Origin: an uncultured Oscillospiraceae bacterium
Lineage (GTDB): Bacteria; Bacillota; Clostridia; Oscillospirales; SIG627
Length of the DNA stretch: 62,892 bases
NCBI GenBank assembly: GCA_964558655.1
Contig: CAZLEX010000005.1
Span: forward strand, 1 to 62,892
Reading direction: 5' to 3'
The position numbers and the translations under genes were made by a program. Numbering within the stretch: position 1 is the stretch's first letter; every line of letters begins with the position of its first letter. Under the pieces are notes generated by a model, which was not told the DNA's origin, made no database searches, and worked only from the letters and a program-made list of their open reading frames with translations. Of this stretch, positions 11,367-21,565 are shown one piece after another.

Positions 11367-11422
11367 AAAAATCTCAATACTTCATACTAAAAAAGTGTGC
11401 GGATAAAAACTATCAGCACACT

Positions 11423-11974
11423 TTAATTTTCTATAAGCAAAGTTCGGCAAGGCGACGCTTCGGCGTTCCGCATCTTAAGAGGCAAAGACATTATCACATA
11501 GTCTCCCACTTTTACTTGCGACAAATCAAGATTTTCAATAACCACAACACCCGTACGCAAAAAAGCTTTATGTACGGCACTGTTTCCTATGCTCTGCCCC
11601 TCCGTTCCGACCAATTCCAACTGTTCGGACAAAACTTGAGCGGCAGGCAAAGAAATATCCACATTGCCCTTAAAAATCAATCTTTTTACATTTTTACAAA
11701 GTTTTTCGGCATCGCTTAAAGAAACAAAGCGTTCCTCAACAACACGGCACGCCCCGAAACACTTCTCAAGGCAAATATCATATACATCACTGCCGTTTTC
11801 AAAAAAATGCAAAGGAGCATCAATATGCGTGGAGTTGTGCGGACAAAAAGTTATCTTTGACAGATTATATTCGTATCCGTCTGAAATACTTTTTATTTTC
11901 TTTATCTCGGCGTGAGGATCGTCCTCGTATGCCGGAGTCGAAAAAAGTTCCCTGGAAACATCGATTATCTTCAT
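11423..11974 (-). CDS. Cyclase / kynurenine formamidase-like metal hydrolase
   Basis: HNSTHIDAPLHF (HxGTHxDAP-like), VHKAFL..IENLDL, EASPCR. Confidence 0.85.
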   Translation of the reverse strand: MKIIDVSRELFSTPAYEDDPHAEIKKIKSISDGYEYNLSKITFCPHNSTHIDAPLHFFENGSDVYDICLEKCFGACRVVEERFVSLSDAEKLCKNVKRLIFKGNVDISLPAAQVLSEQLELVGTEGQSIGNSAVHKAFLRTGVVVIENLDLSQVKVGDYVIMSLPLKMRNAEASPCRTLLIEN

Positions 11975-11997
11975 TTTTGCTCCTTTTTAATAAAAAT

Positions 11998-12705
11998 TCA
12001 AACGGAATATAAAATTTTTTCGAGTCTTTTTATTAATTCGTCTGACGCTTCCGGAATATGTTCAAGAGGAAATTTTATTCCCATTGAATCATATTTGACC
12101 TGACAAATTTTTCGAAACGGCAAAAGCTCCGTTTTATCAACGCACTTGTTTTCAAGTGCCAGCCTCTTTAAACTGAGAATTGAATCCTCATCGTCATTTA
12201 GAGTAGGTATTATAACTCTTCTCAGCGTTGTGGGAATATTGTTTTGATTCAAAAAAGAGAGAAATGACAAAACCGTTTTGTAATCGCAGCCGACATTCAA
12301 ACGGTATCCTTCTTCATCTGCGTATTTAATATCCAAAAGTACCCGATCGGTATATTTCAGTGTTTCTTTTACCTTAGGCGTAAGCATACAACCCGAAGTG
12401 TCGAGACAGGTATTAAGAAAATTTTTCCGCGATAAACGAAACACTTCAGCAACAAAGTCCGCTTGAGCGAGCGGCTCCCCTCCGGAAACGGTTATTCCGC
12501 CGTCTTTACCAAAATATTCCCTGTAACGCAATGCTTTTTCGACAACCTGTGCCGGAGTAAATTCTTTACCGCCCGAAAACTGCCATGTGTCCGGATTGTG
12601 ACAGCAGGAGCACCTGAGCGGACACCCCTGCATAAAAACCACAAAACGAACTCCGGGACCGTCAACGGTACCGAGCGATTGAAAAGAATGAATAAAACCT
12701 GTCAT
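11998..12705 (-). CDS. pflA: Pyruvate formate-lyase activating enzyme
   Basis: [20 protein letters not shown] radical SAM motif, SGGEP; adjacent to pflB. Confidence 0.95.
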   Translation of the reverse strand: MTGFIHSFQSLGTVDGPGVRFVVFMQGCPLRCSCCHNPDTWQFSGGKEFTPAQVVEKALRYREYFGKDGGITVSGGEPLAQADFVAEVFRLSRKNFLNTCLDTSGCMLTPKVKETLKYTDRVLLDIKYADEEGYRLNVGCDYKTVLSFLSFLNQNNIPTTLRRVIIPTLNDDEDSILSLKRLALENKCVDKTELLPFRKICQVKYDSMGIKFPLEHIPEASDELIKRLEKILYSV

Positions 12706-14933
12706 ATTTTTTCATGGAAAGTCCTGCTTATGACTTCCCGTTGCTGTTCTCTTGATAATTTATTGAAATTTACGGCATAACCGGAAACGCGTATGGTAAG
12801 ATTAGGATAACTTTCCGGATCTTCGTATGCTTTAATGAGTGTTTCGCGATTAAGCACATTAACATTGATGTGATGAGCCTTCTTTTCAAAATATCCGTCC
12901 AGAACTGAAACAAGGTTTGAGATTCTCTCATCGTCATCATGTCCGAGAGCATCGGGAGTTATTGAGAAAGTATTTGAAATGCCGTCACGGCAATCGTCAT
13001 AACTTATTTTGGCGACTGAATTGAGAGAAGCAAGTGCTCCGTTTTCCTCGCGGTTATGCATGGGATTTGCACCCGGTGCAAACGGCTCCGATGCTTTTCT
13101 TCCGTCGGGAGTAGCACCCGTATGTTTTCCGTACATAACATTTGATGTAATTGTCAAAACCGACAAAGTATGAATTGCGTTGCGATAGGTCGGAGTCTTT
13201 CTGAGTTCGGTTATAAACTTATGCGTAAGGTCTTTAGCTATAAGGTCTACGCGGTCATCATCGTTGCCGAATTTCGGAAAATCTCCCTGTGTAATATATT
13301 CCGTAATGTATCCTTCGGAATTCCTTACGGGTATGACTTTAGCATACTTAATCGCGCTCAAAGAATCGGTAACAACCGACAGCCCGGCTATTCCGAACGC
13401 CATAAGACGCTCAACATCTGTATCATGAAGAGCCATTTGCGTTTTTTCATAGCAATACTTGTCATGCATATAATGAATAATATTCATGGTATTTACATAA
13501 AGCTTTGAAAGCCACTGAATATAAATATCATAGCGTTCGCAAACTTCTTCAAAATTAAGCACATCACCGTCAAGCACTTTCATTTGCGGACCTATCTGCA
13601 TACCGCTTGTGTGATCGTAACCGCCGTTTATGGCAATAAGAAGGAGTTTCGCAAGATTACATCTTGCCCCGAAAAATTGCATTTGTTTTCCGAGTTTCAT
13701 CGCCGAAACACAGCATGCTATGGCATAATCGTCTCCGTATACGGGACGCATAAGGTCGTCGTTTTCATATTGTATGGAATCGGTATCTTTGGAAACTTTC
13801 GCACAAAACCGTTTAAACGGGGTTGGAAGTTCTTTTGACCAAAGAATCGTAAGATTGGGTTCGGGAGATGGACCTAAAGTATATAAAGTATTGAGAATTC
13901 TGTAACTGCTCTTTGTTACAAGTGTGCGTCCGTCTTCACCGACTCCTCCTACGGATTCTGTAATCCACATGGGATCTCCGCCGAAAAGTTCGTTATATTC
14001 CGGAGTACGCAAATGCCGTGCCAGACGAAGTTTGATTACAAAATCGTCTATAATTTCCTGTGCTTCCGATTCTGTAAGAATACCTGCGGCAATATCTCTC
14101 TCAAAATATATATCAAAAAAAGTCGACACACGGCCAAGTGACATTGCCGCACCGTTCTGTTCCTTGATTGCACCGAGATATGCAAAATATGTCCACTGTA
14201 CCGCCTCTCTCGCATTAGATGCCGGTTCGCTTATATCAAATCCGTAAATAGCCGCCATATCGCAAAGTTTGCCCAAAAACGATATTTGCTTATACAATTC
14301 TTCGTCAAGGCGTATATTTGCGGTATTGAAAGGCTTGTCGGAAAGTGCCGCTTTATCCTTTTTCTTCTCTTCTATAAGACGGTTTATTCCGTACAGTGCA
14401 ACTCTCCTGTAATCCCCTATAATTCTTCCTCTTCCGTATGCATCGGGAAGACCGGTTATGACATGACACTTTCTGGCCTTACGCATTTCATCTGTATACG
14501 CACGGTAAACTCCGTCGTTATGAGTTGTGCGATAGCGAAATTCATCTTCAACCGTCTCGGAAAGTTTATAGCCGTAAGCTTCGCAGGCCTGCCGTGCCAT
14601 GCGTATTCCGCCGAAAGGGCAAACGGCTCTTTTAAGCGGACGGTTCGTTTGCATACCTACAATTATTTCATTCTTTTGGTCAATGTATCCGGCAGAAAAA
14701 CTCGTAAGAGACGAAACGGTGGCTGTATCTATATCGAGTACTCCTCCAAACTGACGCTCAAGTGCAAAAAGCCCCTGAACTTTTTTCATAAGTGCACAGG
14801 TACGCTCCGTAGGACCCGAAAGAAAAGATTCGTCTTCCCTATATTCTTTGTAATTACGCTGTATAAAATCTCTGACATTTATTTCGTCTTGCCATACTCC
14901 TTCGACAAATCCGTTCCAATTGATGTGCTTCAT
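12702..14933 (-). CDS. pflB: Pyruvate formate-lyase
   Basis: [23 protein letters not shown] active-site Cys pair, IRVSGYAV glycyl-radical motif. Confidence 0.97.
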   Translation of the reverse strand: MKHINWNGFVEGVWQDEINVRDFIQRNYKEYREDESFLSGPTERTCALMKKVQGLFALERQFGGVLDIDTATVSSLTSFSAGYIDQKNEIIVGMQTNRPLKRAVCPFGGIRMARQACEAYGYKLSETVEDEFRYRTTHNDGVYRAYTDEMRKARKCHVITGLPDAYGRGRIIGDYRRVALYGINRLIEEKKKDKAALSDKPFNTANIRLDEELYKQISFLGKLCDMAAIYGFDISEPASNAREAVQWTYFAYLGAIKEQNGAAMSLGRVSTFFDIYFERDIAAGILTESEAQEIIDDFVIKLRLARHLRTPEYNELFGGDPMWITESVGGVGEDGRTLVTKSSYRILNTLYTLGPSPEPNLTILWSKELPTPFKRFCAKVSKDTDSIQYENDDLMRPVYGDDYAIACCVSAMKLGKQMQFFGARCNLAKLLLIAINGGYDHTSGMQIGPQMKVLDGDVLNFEEVCERYDIYIQWLSKLYVNTMNIIHYMHDKYCYEKTQMALHDTDVERLMAFGIAGLSVVTDSLSAIKYAKVIPVRNSEGYITEYITQGDFPKFGNDDDRVDLIAKDLTHKFITELRKTPTYRNAIHTLSVLTITSNVMYGKHTGATPDGRKASEPFAPGANPMHNREENGALASLNSVAKISYDDCRDGISNTFSITPDALGHDDDERISNLVSVLDGYFEKKAHHINVNVLNRETLIKAYEDPESYPNLTIRVSGYAVNFNKLSREQQREVISRTFHEKI

Positions 14934-14968
14934 GTTTTTTCTCCTTATCTCAACATTGAATTTACAAA

Positions 14969-15003
14969 CAAAAAAGGCAAACCGAGTTTATAATCGATTT
15001 GCC
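14969..15003 (-). terminator. Riboswitch-controlled terminator (expression platform)
   Basis: Minus strand GGCAAATCGA-ttataaac-TCGGTTTGCC-TTTTTT, overlapping the 3' end of the aptamer. Confidence 0.8.
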
Positions 15004-15075
15004 CAGACGGTCGGCATACAACTTTTACACTCCGTAGCGTAAACCCGCAAAAACTCCGTCAGTTATGTAAAAGTT
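15000..15075 (-). promoter_or_regulatory. ZTP/ZMP (pfl) riboswitch
   Basis: Minus strand TTTTACATAACTGACGGA...GGAGTGTAAAA-linker-GCCGACCGTCTGGGCA matches the pfl motif including its pseudoknot; upstream of pflB. Confidence 0.9.
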
Positions 15076-15199
15076 TTTTATTTCGGAAAGTGCTGTTTAA
15101 GAACCGTCAAATCTCCAATCGAGAACACACTCAAAACAAGAAATACCGCATAATACGGAAAATCTCATTTTAAAGCCATAACAGCAACTATGTGTGTTT

Positions 15200-15228
15200 A
15201 TTATAATATATTTGCCCTTTTTTGTCAA
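15200..15228 (-). promoter_or_regulatory. sigma-A promoter of pflBA
   Basis: Perfect TTGACA-17 nt-TATAAT on minus strand. Confidence 0.85.
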
Positions 15229-15243
15229 TGATATTATCGGGAA

Positions 15244-16017
15244 TTATCTACCGTTTTTCACAATAAAGAAAAATCTCGGCACTTTCAAAAGGATTTTCCC
15301 GTCTTCCCGTAAAGGATATTTTTCCTTGATAAATTCGGAAAACTCAGATAAAAAGTCCTTTTTATCCTCCCCGTTTAAAACTTCGAGATATGCTCTCAAC
15401 CCGCTTCCCTTGTACCATTCAAGAATGTCATCATGAGAAGATAAAATGTGATAATATGTCGTTTCCCACATCTCAATCTCCGAAGCAAATTTTGAAAGAA
15501 TATCATATGTCTCATCAGGTGTCAACAAATTAAACACCCGAACATTTGAAAGTTTCCCCCATTTTTCGCACGAAATAAAACTGTCAAGCACATGATAAAA
15601 CATTGTTTCTTCGATAAGCGGCATTTGAACGGCAAGAACTCCGTTACGGCTAAGTTTGCCGAAAAGTCGTGGAAGCAAAATATCGTGATTAGGTATCCAA
15701 TGCAAACAGGCATTTGAAAAAATCAAATCATAATTCCCCAAGCTTTCAATTTCATCGGGAACAAGGCATTTAACAAATTTTAATTCGGGATATGTTTTTT
15801 CGGCACTTTCAAGCATATTATCGGAACTGTCTATTCCGAGTATATCGGCAAGAGGAAAGTGCTCTTTCAAACAGTATGTACTGTTTCCGGGTCCGCAACC
15901 TATATCAAGAATTGTCTCAGGTACAGTGTCTATTCTCTTAATTAAATCAACAGAAGGTTGAATGCGTTCGTCTTTGAATTTATTGTATTGAGAAACATTC
16001 CACTCTCTCACAATCAT
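15244..16017 (-). CDS. tam: Trans-aconitate 2-methyltransferase-like SAM methyltransferase
   Basis: W..QY.KF..ER..P..DL, LDIGCGPGNST, SNACLHW. Confidence 0.85.
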   Translation of the reverse strand: MIVREWNVSQYNKFKDERIQPSVDLIKRIDTVPETILDIGCGPGNSTYCLKEHFPLADILGIDSSDNMLESAEKTYPELKFVKCLVPDEIESLGNYDLIFSNACLHWIPNHDILLPRLFGKLSRNGVLAVQMPLIEETMFYHVLDSFISCEKWGKLSNVRVFNLLTPDETYDILSKFASEIEMWETTYYHILSSHDDILEWYKGSGLRAYLEVLNGEDKKDFLSEFSEFIKEKYPLREDGKILLKVPRFFFIVKNGR

Positions 16018-16050
16018 CGCTCCTTATCGAAATAAACATTTTCGTAAAGT

Positions 16051-17394
16051 TTAAAAATAGCGGTATTTTTTTCTTTTTGCAATAAGAAATATAAAACTGA
16101 AAATTACGGCAACAAACTCTGCCGCCACAATAGAATACCATATACCGTCTATACCCAAAACCGTAGGCAAAATCAAAACCGCAACCGATTGAAATACAAG
16201 CGTACGCATAAAAGAAATGACAGCTGAAGTGAGACCGTCATTAAGTGCCGTGAAAAATCCCGAAGCAAAAACGGCAAATCCGGTAAAAGCAAAAGACAAA
16301 GAAAAAATTCTAAATCCCAAAACAGTCATATCCGTAAGATTTTTGTCGTAACCGACGAAGATTTTTGAAAGAGGCATTGCAAGCAACTCTGCCAAAACAA
16401 CCATTGCAACACCGAGAGTGCCGACAATCACAAGACTCTTTTTTAACAGGCTTTTTAATTCCGCGTGATTTTGAGCTCCGAAATGATAACTCACTATCGG
16501 TGCACAACCTATTGAATACCCCATAAATGCGGCGGCAAAAATCATGCTGACATACATCATAACTCCGTATGCCGCAATACCGTCTTCTCCGGCATATTTC
16601 AAAAGCTGGAAATTATACAGCATACTGACGATGCTCATGGAAATGTTACTCATAAATTCAGAAGAGCCGTTTGTGCACGCATAAAAAATTGCTTTCGCAT
16701 CAAATTTTGCCTTGCCAAGCCGGAGAAAAGTTGTATTCTTTCTACCGAAATAAAACAGCGGTACCGCACCTCCGACAATTTGACTCAAAGCGGTCGCTAT
16801 CGCCGCACCCGCAAGTTTCAGATGTGCAGGCAATAAAATAACAAGCACAGCGTCCATAACGATATTCGTCATACCTGCCGATATTGTGACAATGAGACCG
16901 AGTTTAGGCTTTTCGGCAGTTACGAAAAACGACTGAAATATGTATTGAAGCACATTAAAAGGCAACGCAATAAGTATAATACGGGAATACTGTACAGCGT
17001 CGGACAACAGTTCGCCTTCAGCTTTGAGAAGCGAAGCAATCGGACGCATAAAAATTATAGCAAGTACGGCAAGCAGGCAGCCCAATAAAAAAGCAACCCG
17101 AACGAACAGAGAAAAATAACTGTTTGCGAGTTCTTTTTTACCTTCGCCGTAAGTTTTCGCAACTATTGCCGATCCTCCAGTGCCGAACATAAATCCTACA
17201 GTAGATAAAATCATCAAAAACGGCATTATGAGATTAATTGCCGTAAAAGGAGTTTTACCTGCGAAATTTGAAACAAACAACCCATCGACAACACTGTAAA
17301 CCGACGAAAAAATCATCATGATTATTGACGGTACTGTAAAACGGATAAGGCGTTTATATCCGAAATGGTCTGATAATTGTACACACTCTTTCAT
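16051..17394 (-). CDS. MATE family efflux transporter
   Basis: QLSDHF, YSVVDGLFVSN, ~12 hydrophobic segments; start moved to 17394 (ATGA overlap). Confidence 0.92.
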   Translation of the reverse strand: MKECVQLSDHFGYKRLIRFTVPSIIMMIFSSVYSVVDGLFVSNFAGKTPFTAINLIMPFLMILSTVGFMFGTGGSAIVAKTYGEGKKELANSYFSLFVRVAFLLGCLLAVLAIIFMRPIASLLKAEGELLSDAVQYSRIILIALPFNVLQYIFQSFFVTAEKPKLGLIVTISAGMTNIVMDAVLVILLPAHLKLAGAAIATALSQIVGGAVPLFYFGRKNTTFLRLGKAKFDAKAIFYACTNGSSEFMSNISMSIVSMLYNFQLLKYAGEDGIAAYGVMMYVSMIFAAAFMGYSIGCAPIVSYHFGAQNHAELKSLLKKSLVIVGTLGVAMVVLAELLAMPLSKIFVGYDKNLTDMTVLGFRIFSLSFAFTGFAVFASGFFTALNDGLTSAVISFMRTLVFQSVAVLILPTVLGIDGIWYSIVAAEFVAVIFSFIFLIAKRKKYRYF

Positions 17395-18011
17395 TTTGTT
17401 CTCCCAAACCAACCGTTCGCAAACGAAGCAACGGTAGGCGTCAATTCTTTGATATTCCAGCCGGTAGTATTTACCGTAATGTGATAGGAATCCCTTTTTC
17501 CCCACGGAGAAGCACTTATAATTTCTCTCGTTTCGGAACGGATTTTGTCAATTTGTTTTATTTTCTGTAAAATTTCTTTTTTAGACAGTTTTTCATTCTC
17601 CAAAGCTCTCTGTTCGCACCGCCTGATTTTTGCATCGGTTTCGGCACATACAAAAATGTTAAACGGTTCAAAATCTTTTAAAATGACATCGGCATTACGG
17701 CCTACTATAACAAAATTTTTCCCGAACGATGCGATTTCTTCAATTACCTTTTTTTGCTCAAGCAGAATATTCACCTGCGAAGACCGAAAATAAGCAGAAG
17801 AAGTAAAAGAATTCCTAAAAGTAATGTTACAGTTTTTCCACCCGTGATTGCTCAGGGAACTTTCAACATAATCCGGAGATAAACCGCTTTTTTCAGCCGT
17901 CATGGAAATAATTTCGCTGTCATAATAATCCCATTTCAAAAAATCGGCAAGGCGTTTCCCGAGTTCTCTTCCTCCGCTTCCGAATTCACGGCTTATCGTA
18001 ATTATTTTCAT
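17391..18011 (-). CDS. Cytidylate kinase-like family protein
   Basis: IITISREFGSGGRELG, VIVGRNAD. Confidence 0.88.
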   Translation of the reverse strand: MKIITISREFGSGGRELGKRLADFLKWDYYDSEIISMTAEKSGLSPDYVESSLSNHGWKNCNITFRNSFTSSAYFRSSQVNILLEQKKVIEEIASFGKNFVIVGRNADVILKDFEPFNIFVCAETDAKIRRCEQRALENEKLSKKEILQKIKQIDKIRSETREIISASPWGKRDSYHITVNTTGWNIKELTPTVASFANGWFGRTK

Positions 18012-18466
18012 TGTTTCTCCACCTCAATTTTATCAATTTGTGCTCGCAGACACTCGTTATATTTTTTCATGTATTTTATGTACATATCAAATTCTTCGTC
18101 AGACCAGGAATCAAGTGCAAGACATTCAGCCTTGTATAATTTTGCAACCGTTCTTTCAATACACATCTTCCCTTCTTTGCTAAGCTTTATACGCTTTGCT
18201 CTGCCGTCACTGCGTTCAAGATGCAAAATACCGTTTTTTTCAAGTGCGCGAATTGCGGAATTAATTGTCTGTTTACTCATACCGCTTCCATGACAGATAT
18301 CGGAAAGCAAACAACCGTCACCTTTTTCGTAAATCAAATACAAAATACACAGCACACTGTCGGAAACATTGAGCTTTCGTGCGGCTTGATGATACAGCAT
18401 ATCAAGTTCGTTTGCCGTACAATTAATTTTCCGGATTTTTTCACTGCTGTTTTCTTTCATAATCAC
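18008..18466 (-). CDS. MarR family transcriptional regulator
   Basis: wHTH SKQTINSAIRALEKNG...DGRAKRIKLS. Confidence 0.9.
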   Translation of the reverse strand: MIMKENSSEKIRKINCTANELDMLYHQAARKLNVSDSVLCILYLIYEKGDGCLLSDICHGSGMSKQTINSAIRALEKNGILHLERSDGRAKRIKLSKEGKMCIERTVAKLYKAECLALDSWSDEEFDMYIKYMKKYNECLRAQIDKIEVEKQ

Positions 18467-18475
18467 ACACCCTTT

Positions 18476-18526
18476 AAGTACGAAATCATACTATCGTAGT
18501 ATAGTATGATTTCGTACTTTTGTCAA
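18476..18526 (-). promoter_or_regulatory. marR promoter overlapped by palindromic operator
   Basis: TTGACA(18521-26)-17-TATACT(18498-503); perfect 19-bp inverted repeat 18476-18494/18501-18519. Confidence 0.8.
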
Positions 18527-18679
18527 TAGATTACAGTGGATTTTTCATAAAATATCAAATTTGAGTCAAAAGAACAATTTATATAAAGTAATAAAGTTTT
18601 AAATTTCACGCAAAGCACTATGAATTTCAGCGATTTTTTAACTTTTAATGATAAATTTACATTATTTTTCAAAAAACGG

Positions 18680-18708
18680 TTGACAAATAAAACTCTTTGT
18701 GATACAAT
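18680..18708 (+). promoter_or_regulatory. tRNA promoter
   Basis: TTGACA-17-TACAAT with extended TG. Confidence 0.75.
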
Positions 18709-18732
18709 ATACAAGCTTTATGTGAAGCGTTT

Positions 18733-18808
18733 GAGTCACTAGCTCAGTTGGCAGAGCATTTGACTTTTAATCAAAGGGTCGGGGGTTCGAATCCCCCGTG
18801 ACTCACCA
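18733..18808 (+). tRNA. tRNA-Lys(UUU)
   Basis: GAGTCAC/GTGACTC acceptor stem, TTT anticodon in CT-TTT-AA loop, GGTTCGAATCC T-arm, encoded CCA. Confidence 0.97.
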
Positions 18809-18842
18809 AAAAATCGACAAGTTTTAACTTGTCGATTTTTTT
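18808..18842 (+). terminator. Terminator after tRNA
   Basis: aatcgacaagt-ttta-acttgtcgatt plus T-tract. Confidence 0.85.
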
Positions 18843-18959
18843 ATTCGTTGCGAAAGCAATCGAAGTTATATGAACGCACTGCCGAGATTTATACGGCAAT
18901 CGGCAAATTTCTCAAGAAACTTGCCGATTTTATGTTATGAATAAAATTATGCTTGAAAC

Positions 18960-20381
18960 TTACTTTAAAACGGATACTGCGTCGCTTATTGTCTTTTCCA
19001 AAGCCTCTCTCCCGTATTTGTCAACTTCACTTTTATTTTTTTCTCCGTGAGTGAGGCATCCCGCTCCGCCTATACAACCGCCGGTACACGCCATACCTTC
19101 CACAAAATTCGCACAAAGTACATTTTTACTTTTTTTAAGCAATGCAATCTTGCACTCTTCTATTCCGTCACAAGCAATCGGATTAAAATCAAAATCTATA
19201 TTCTGCTCTTTTAATCCCTGTGCCACTGCGTCTGAAAGCCCTCCGCTTCGGGCGAATATCCTTCCGAAATAAGAAGCATTGTCGAGTACACTTTCCTCAA
19301 GCGATGTAATATCAATATTACGGCTGTCGAAAAGTGCCTGAAGTTCTTCAAATGTAATAACGGCATCAATATAGGGTTTTACCTTTTCCGTCTGAGCCTC
19401 AGCTTTTTTTGCGGTACACGGTCCTATAAATACCACTTTGGCGTTTTCTATGGTATCTTTTATGTATTTTGCGAGAATTGCCATCGGCGAGAGATTATCG
19501 GAAATATATTTTTCCAAATCCGGAAATTCGGATTTTATATACGACACAAAAGCAGGACAGCAAGAGCTCATCAAAAATCCCTTTTCGGAAAGTTCTTTCG
19601 ATTCCGATTTAGCAACCATATCGGCTCCCAATGCCGCTTCGACAACCGTAAAAAATCCGATTTTTTTAAGGCCCGTAACAACCTGACCGAGTTTTGCGTA
19701 TGAAAACTGACTTGAGACAGAAGGAGCGACAATTGCATATACTTTAAATTTTTCGTTGTTTTCGCTCTTTTTTATCAAATCAATAACATTTAAAATATAA
19801 GACTTGTCCATAATCGCACCGAACGGACATTGATAAACACAGGCACCGCATGATGTACACTTTCCGTTATCTATCACGGCGGCATTATCGGCATTAATGG
19901 AAATAGCTTTGATTTTACAGGCGTTTTGACACGGACGCTTACGATTTACTATTGCAAAATACGGACATACTTTTGCGCACTGCCCACATTCAACACACTT
20001 GGATTTATCTATGTGAGCCACATGATTATGATCAAAAGAAATCGCTTTTCTCTTGCAAACATCTTCGCAACGGTGTGCAAGACATCCTCGACAGGAATCC
20101 GTCACCTCATAGCCTGCGGCGGGACATTCATCACAGGCAATATCTATAACCTCTATTACATTCGGATTATCTTTATCGCCTCCCATTGCTATTTTAACGC
20201 GTTCCGAAAGAATCGCCCGTTCTTTGTATACACAACAACGCATAGTGGAAGTCTTTCCGGGAACGATAATTTCCGGTATTTTCAAAATATTTTCAAGCAG
20301 AGCATCATTCCATGCAAGGCGTGCAACCTCACGCAGAACTTTATACTTCAAATGCTGCACTTTTGTATCGAACTTTCTCAT
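18960..20381 (-). CDS. Ferredoxin-type [FeFe] hydrogenase, group B (HydA2/HfsD-like)
   Basis: H-cluster motifs SSCCPAF, GPCTAKKAE, EGMACTGGCIGG; multiple CxxCxxCxxxC clusters; start at MRKFDT behind GAGGAG. Confidence 0.9.
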   Translation of the reverse strand: MRKFDTKVQHLKYKVLREVARLAWNDALLENILKIPEIIVPGKTSTMRCCVYKERAILSERVKIAMGGDKDNPNVIEVIDIACDECPAAGYEVTDSCRGCLAHRCEDVCKRKAISFDHNHVAHIDKSKCVECGQCAKVCPYFAIVNRKRPCQNACKIKAISINADNAAVIDNGKCTSCGACVYQCPFGAIMDKSYILNVIDLIKKSENNEKFKVYAIVAPSVSSQFSYAKLGQVVTGLKKIGFFTVVEAALGADMVAKSESKELSEKGFLMSSCCPAFVSYIKSEFPDLEKYISDNLSPMAILAKYIKDTIENAKVVFIGPCTAKKAEAQTEKVKPYIDAVITFEELQALFDSRNIDITSLEESVLDNASYFGRIFARSGGLSDAVAQGLKEQNIDFDFNPIACDGIEECKIALLKKSKNVLCANFVEGMACTGGCIGGAGCLTHGEKNKSEVDKYGREALEKTISDAVSVLK

Positions 20382-20392
20382 TTTTACTCTCC

Positions 20393-21565
20393 TCAAAAAT
20401 AACTGACTTTAATTCTTTTTCCCATTTGCTTCAGACATTTTGACAGTTCCTCAACCAAATTCATTTTTATGCTGAAATTGATAGGCAAATCGGGATTCTG
20501 ATGTGCGGGGTTAATTGCACGGCCTACATAAAAATTTATATCGGTCGCCTCTTCAAACAAAAGCTGACATATGAGCGATGCACCGTCTTTTTTATAATTC
20601 CAATGCTCATACATTTCATTTTCGGCAAGATAATCCTTAGCATATTCAAGAACCCTGTTAACTGTTATAACGCCTTCGGTAACAAGATCCACGCCTTCTA
20701 TTTTTGCAATCGGCGGAACATCGGATCTTTCAAAATTAAGCGATGTTTGAATAGGTTTGTTCAGATACTTTGCCGCAATTGAAGATGTAGTTCCCCCGCA
20801 TATAATGTGTTTTCCTTCTTTTGAAAAAAACAGTGACATCATTCGGTCACAATCGTCCCTGTTTGACGGAGGACCGAAAAGTATATTCATCGGTTCCCTT
20901 TTTCTAATCTTTATTATACAGGCGGTGGTATCGTCTCCCGGCTTTCCTCCGTAAAGCCTGTCGCACTCATCAACAAGCAATGTGGAAAGATTTTTCGCCG
21001 TAAGTCCGCTTACGGACATTGTTTCCATAAAGTCGATTATATCTTCACGCTTCCAGCCGAAATTATATGCTATTCCTATACCGGCATGAGGGCAACCGTC
21101 GCTCATTGCAATAAAAATATCATTTTCCTGCAATCGAATAACAGACTTATAAATTTTCTTTCCGTCGATATTCATTTCGGTTTTCGGATAATCAAAATTT
21201 TTGTTGTTTCGTAAAACTATAACCTGAGGATTATCATATTGAATTATTTCAACGGTATGATTTTTGATTAAATGCAGTATTGTAAAAGTTGAATACGCAA
21301 CTCCTCTTACGGAACACACGGGTAATGTAGCGGCTATTGTGTCAACACATTCTTCAATAGGCAACCCCGCCGCCATCATCGTAGATATTATTTTAGATGT
21401 GAGAGTCGAAAGTATACTCGCTTTTACTCCGCTTCCGAGACCGTCGGCAAGTACTATTACGGTCGAACCGTCGACTTGATCGACTATATCCACATGATCT
21501 CCGCAAAGCTGTTCTCCGTAATGGTTTATACTCTTGTATCCGATATCGGCACACAAATCATTCAT
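20393..21565 (-). CDS. SpoIIE/PP2C-like Ser/Thr phosphatase (HfsC-like)
   Basis: CGD, LADGLGSG, MSDG, PGDDTT. Confidence 0.9.
   Translation of the reverse strand: MNDLCADIGYKSINHYGEQLCGDHVDIVDQVDGSTVIVLADGLGSGVKASILSTLTSKIISTMMAAGLPIEECVDTIAATLPVCSVRGVAYSTFTILHLIKNHTVEIIQYDNPQVIVLRNNKNFDYPKTEMNIDGKKIYKSVIRLQENDIFIAMSDGCPHAGIGIAYNFGWKREDIIDFMETMSVSGLTAKNLSTLLVDECDRLYGGKPGDDTTACIIKIRKREPMNILFGPPSNRDDCDRMMSLFFSKEGKHIICGGTTSSIAAKYLNKPIQTSLNFERSDVPPIAKIEGVDLVTEGVITVNRVLEYAKDYLAENEMYEHWNYKKDGASLICQLLFEEATDINFYVGRAINPAHQNPDLPINFSIKMNLVEELSKCLKQMGKRIKVSYF

Noticed and set aside
10747-11368. ORFs 10747-11364 (-) and 11186-11368 (+)
   Set aside because: They overlap the DUF1292 gene and the 6S-like RNA, and show no protein motifs.
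14286-14993. 235-aa plus-strand ORF
   Set aside because: Antisense shadow of pflB.
18733-18808. tRNA-Lys as integration site of an island
   Set aside because: No duplicated tRNA 3' end was noticed downstream or near the recombinase (checked by eye only), and the neighbouring genes are metabolic.
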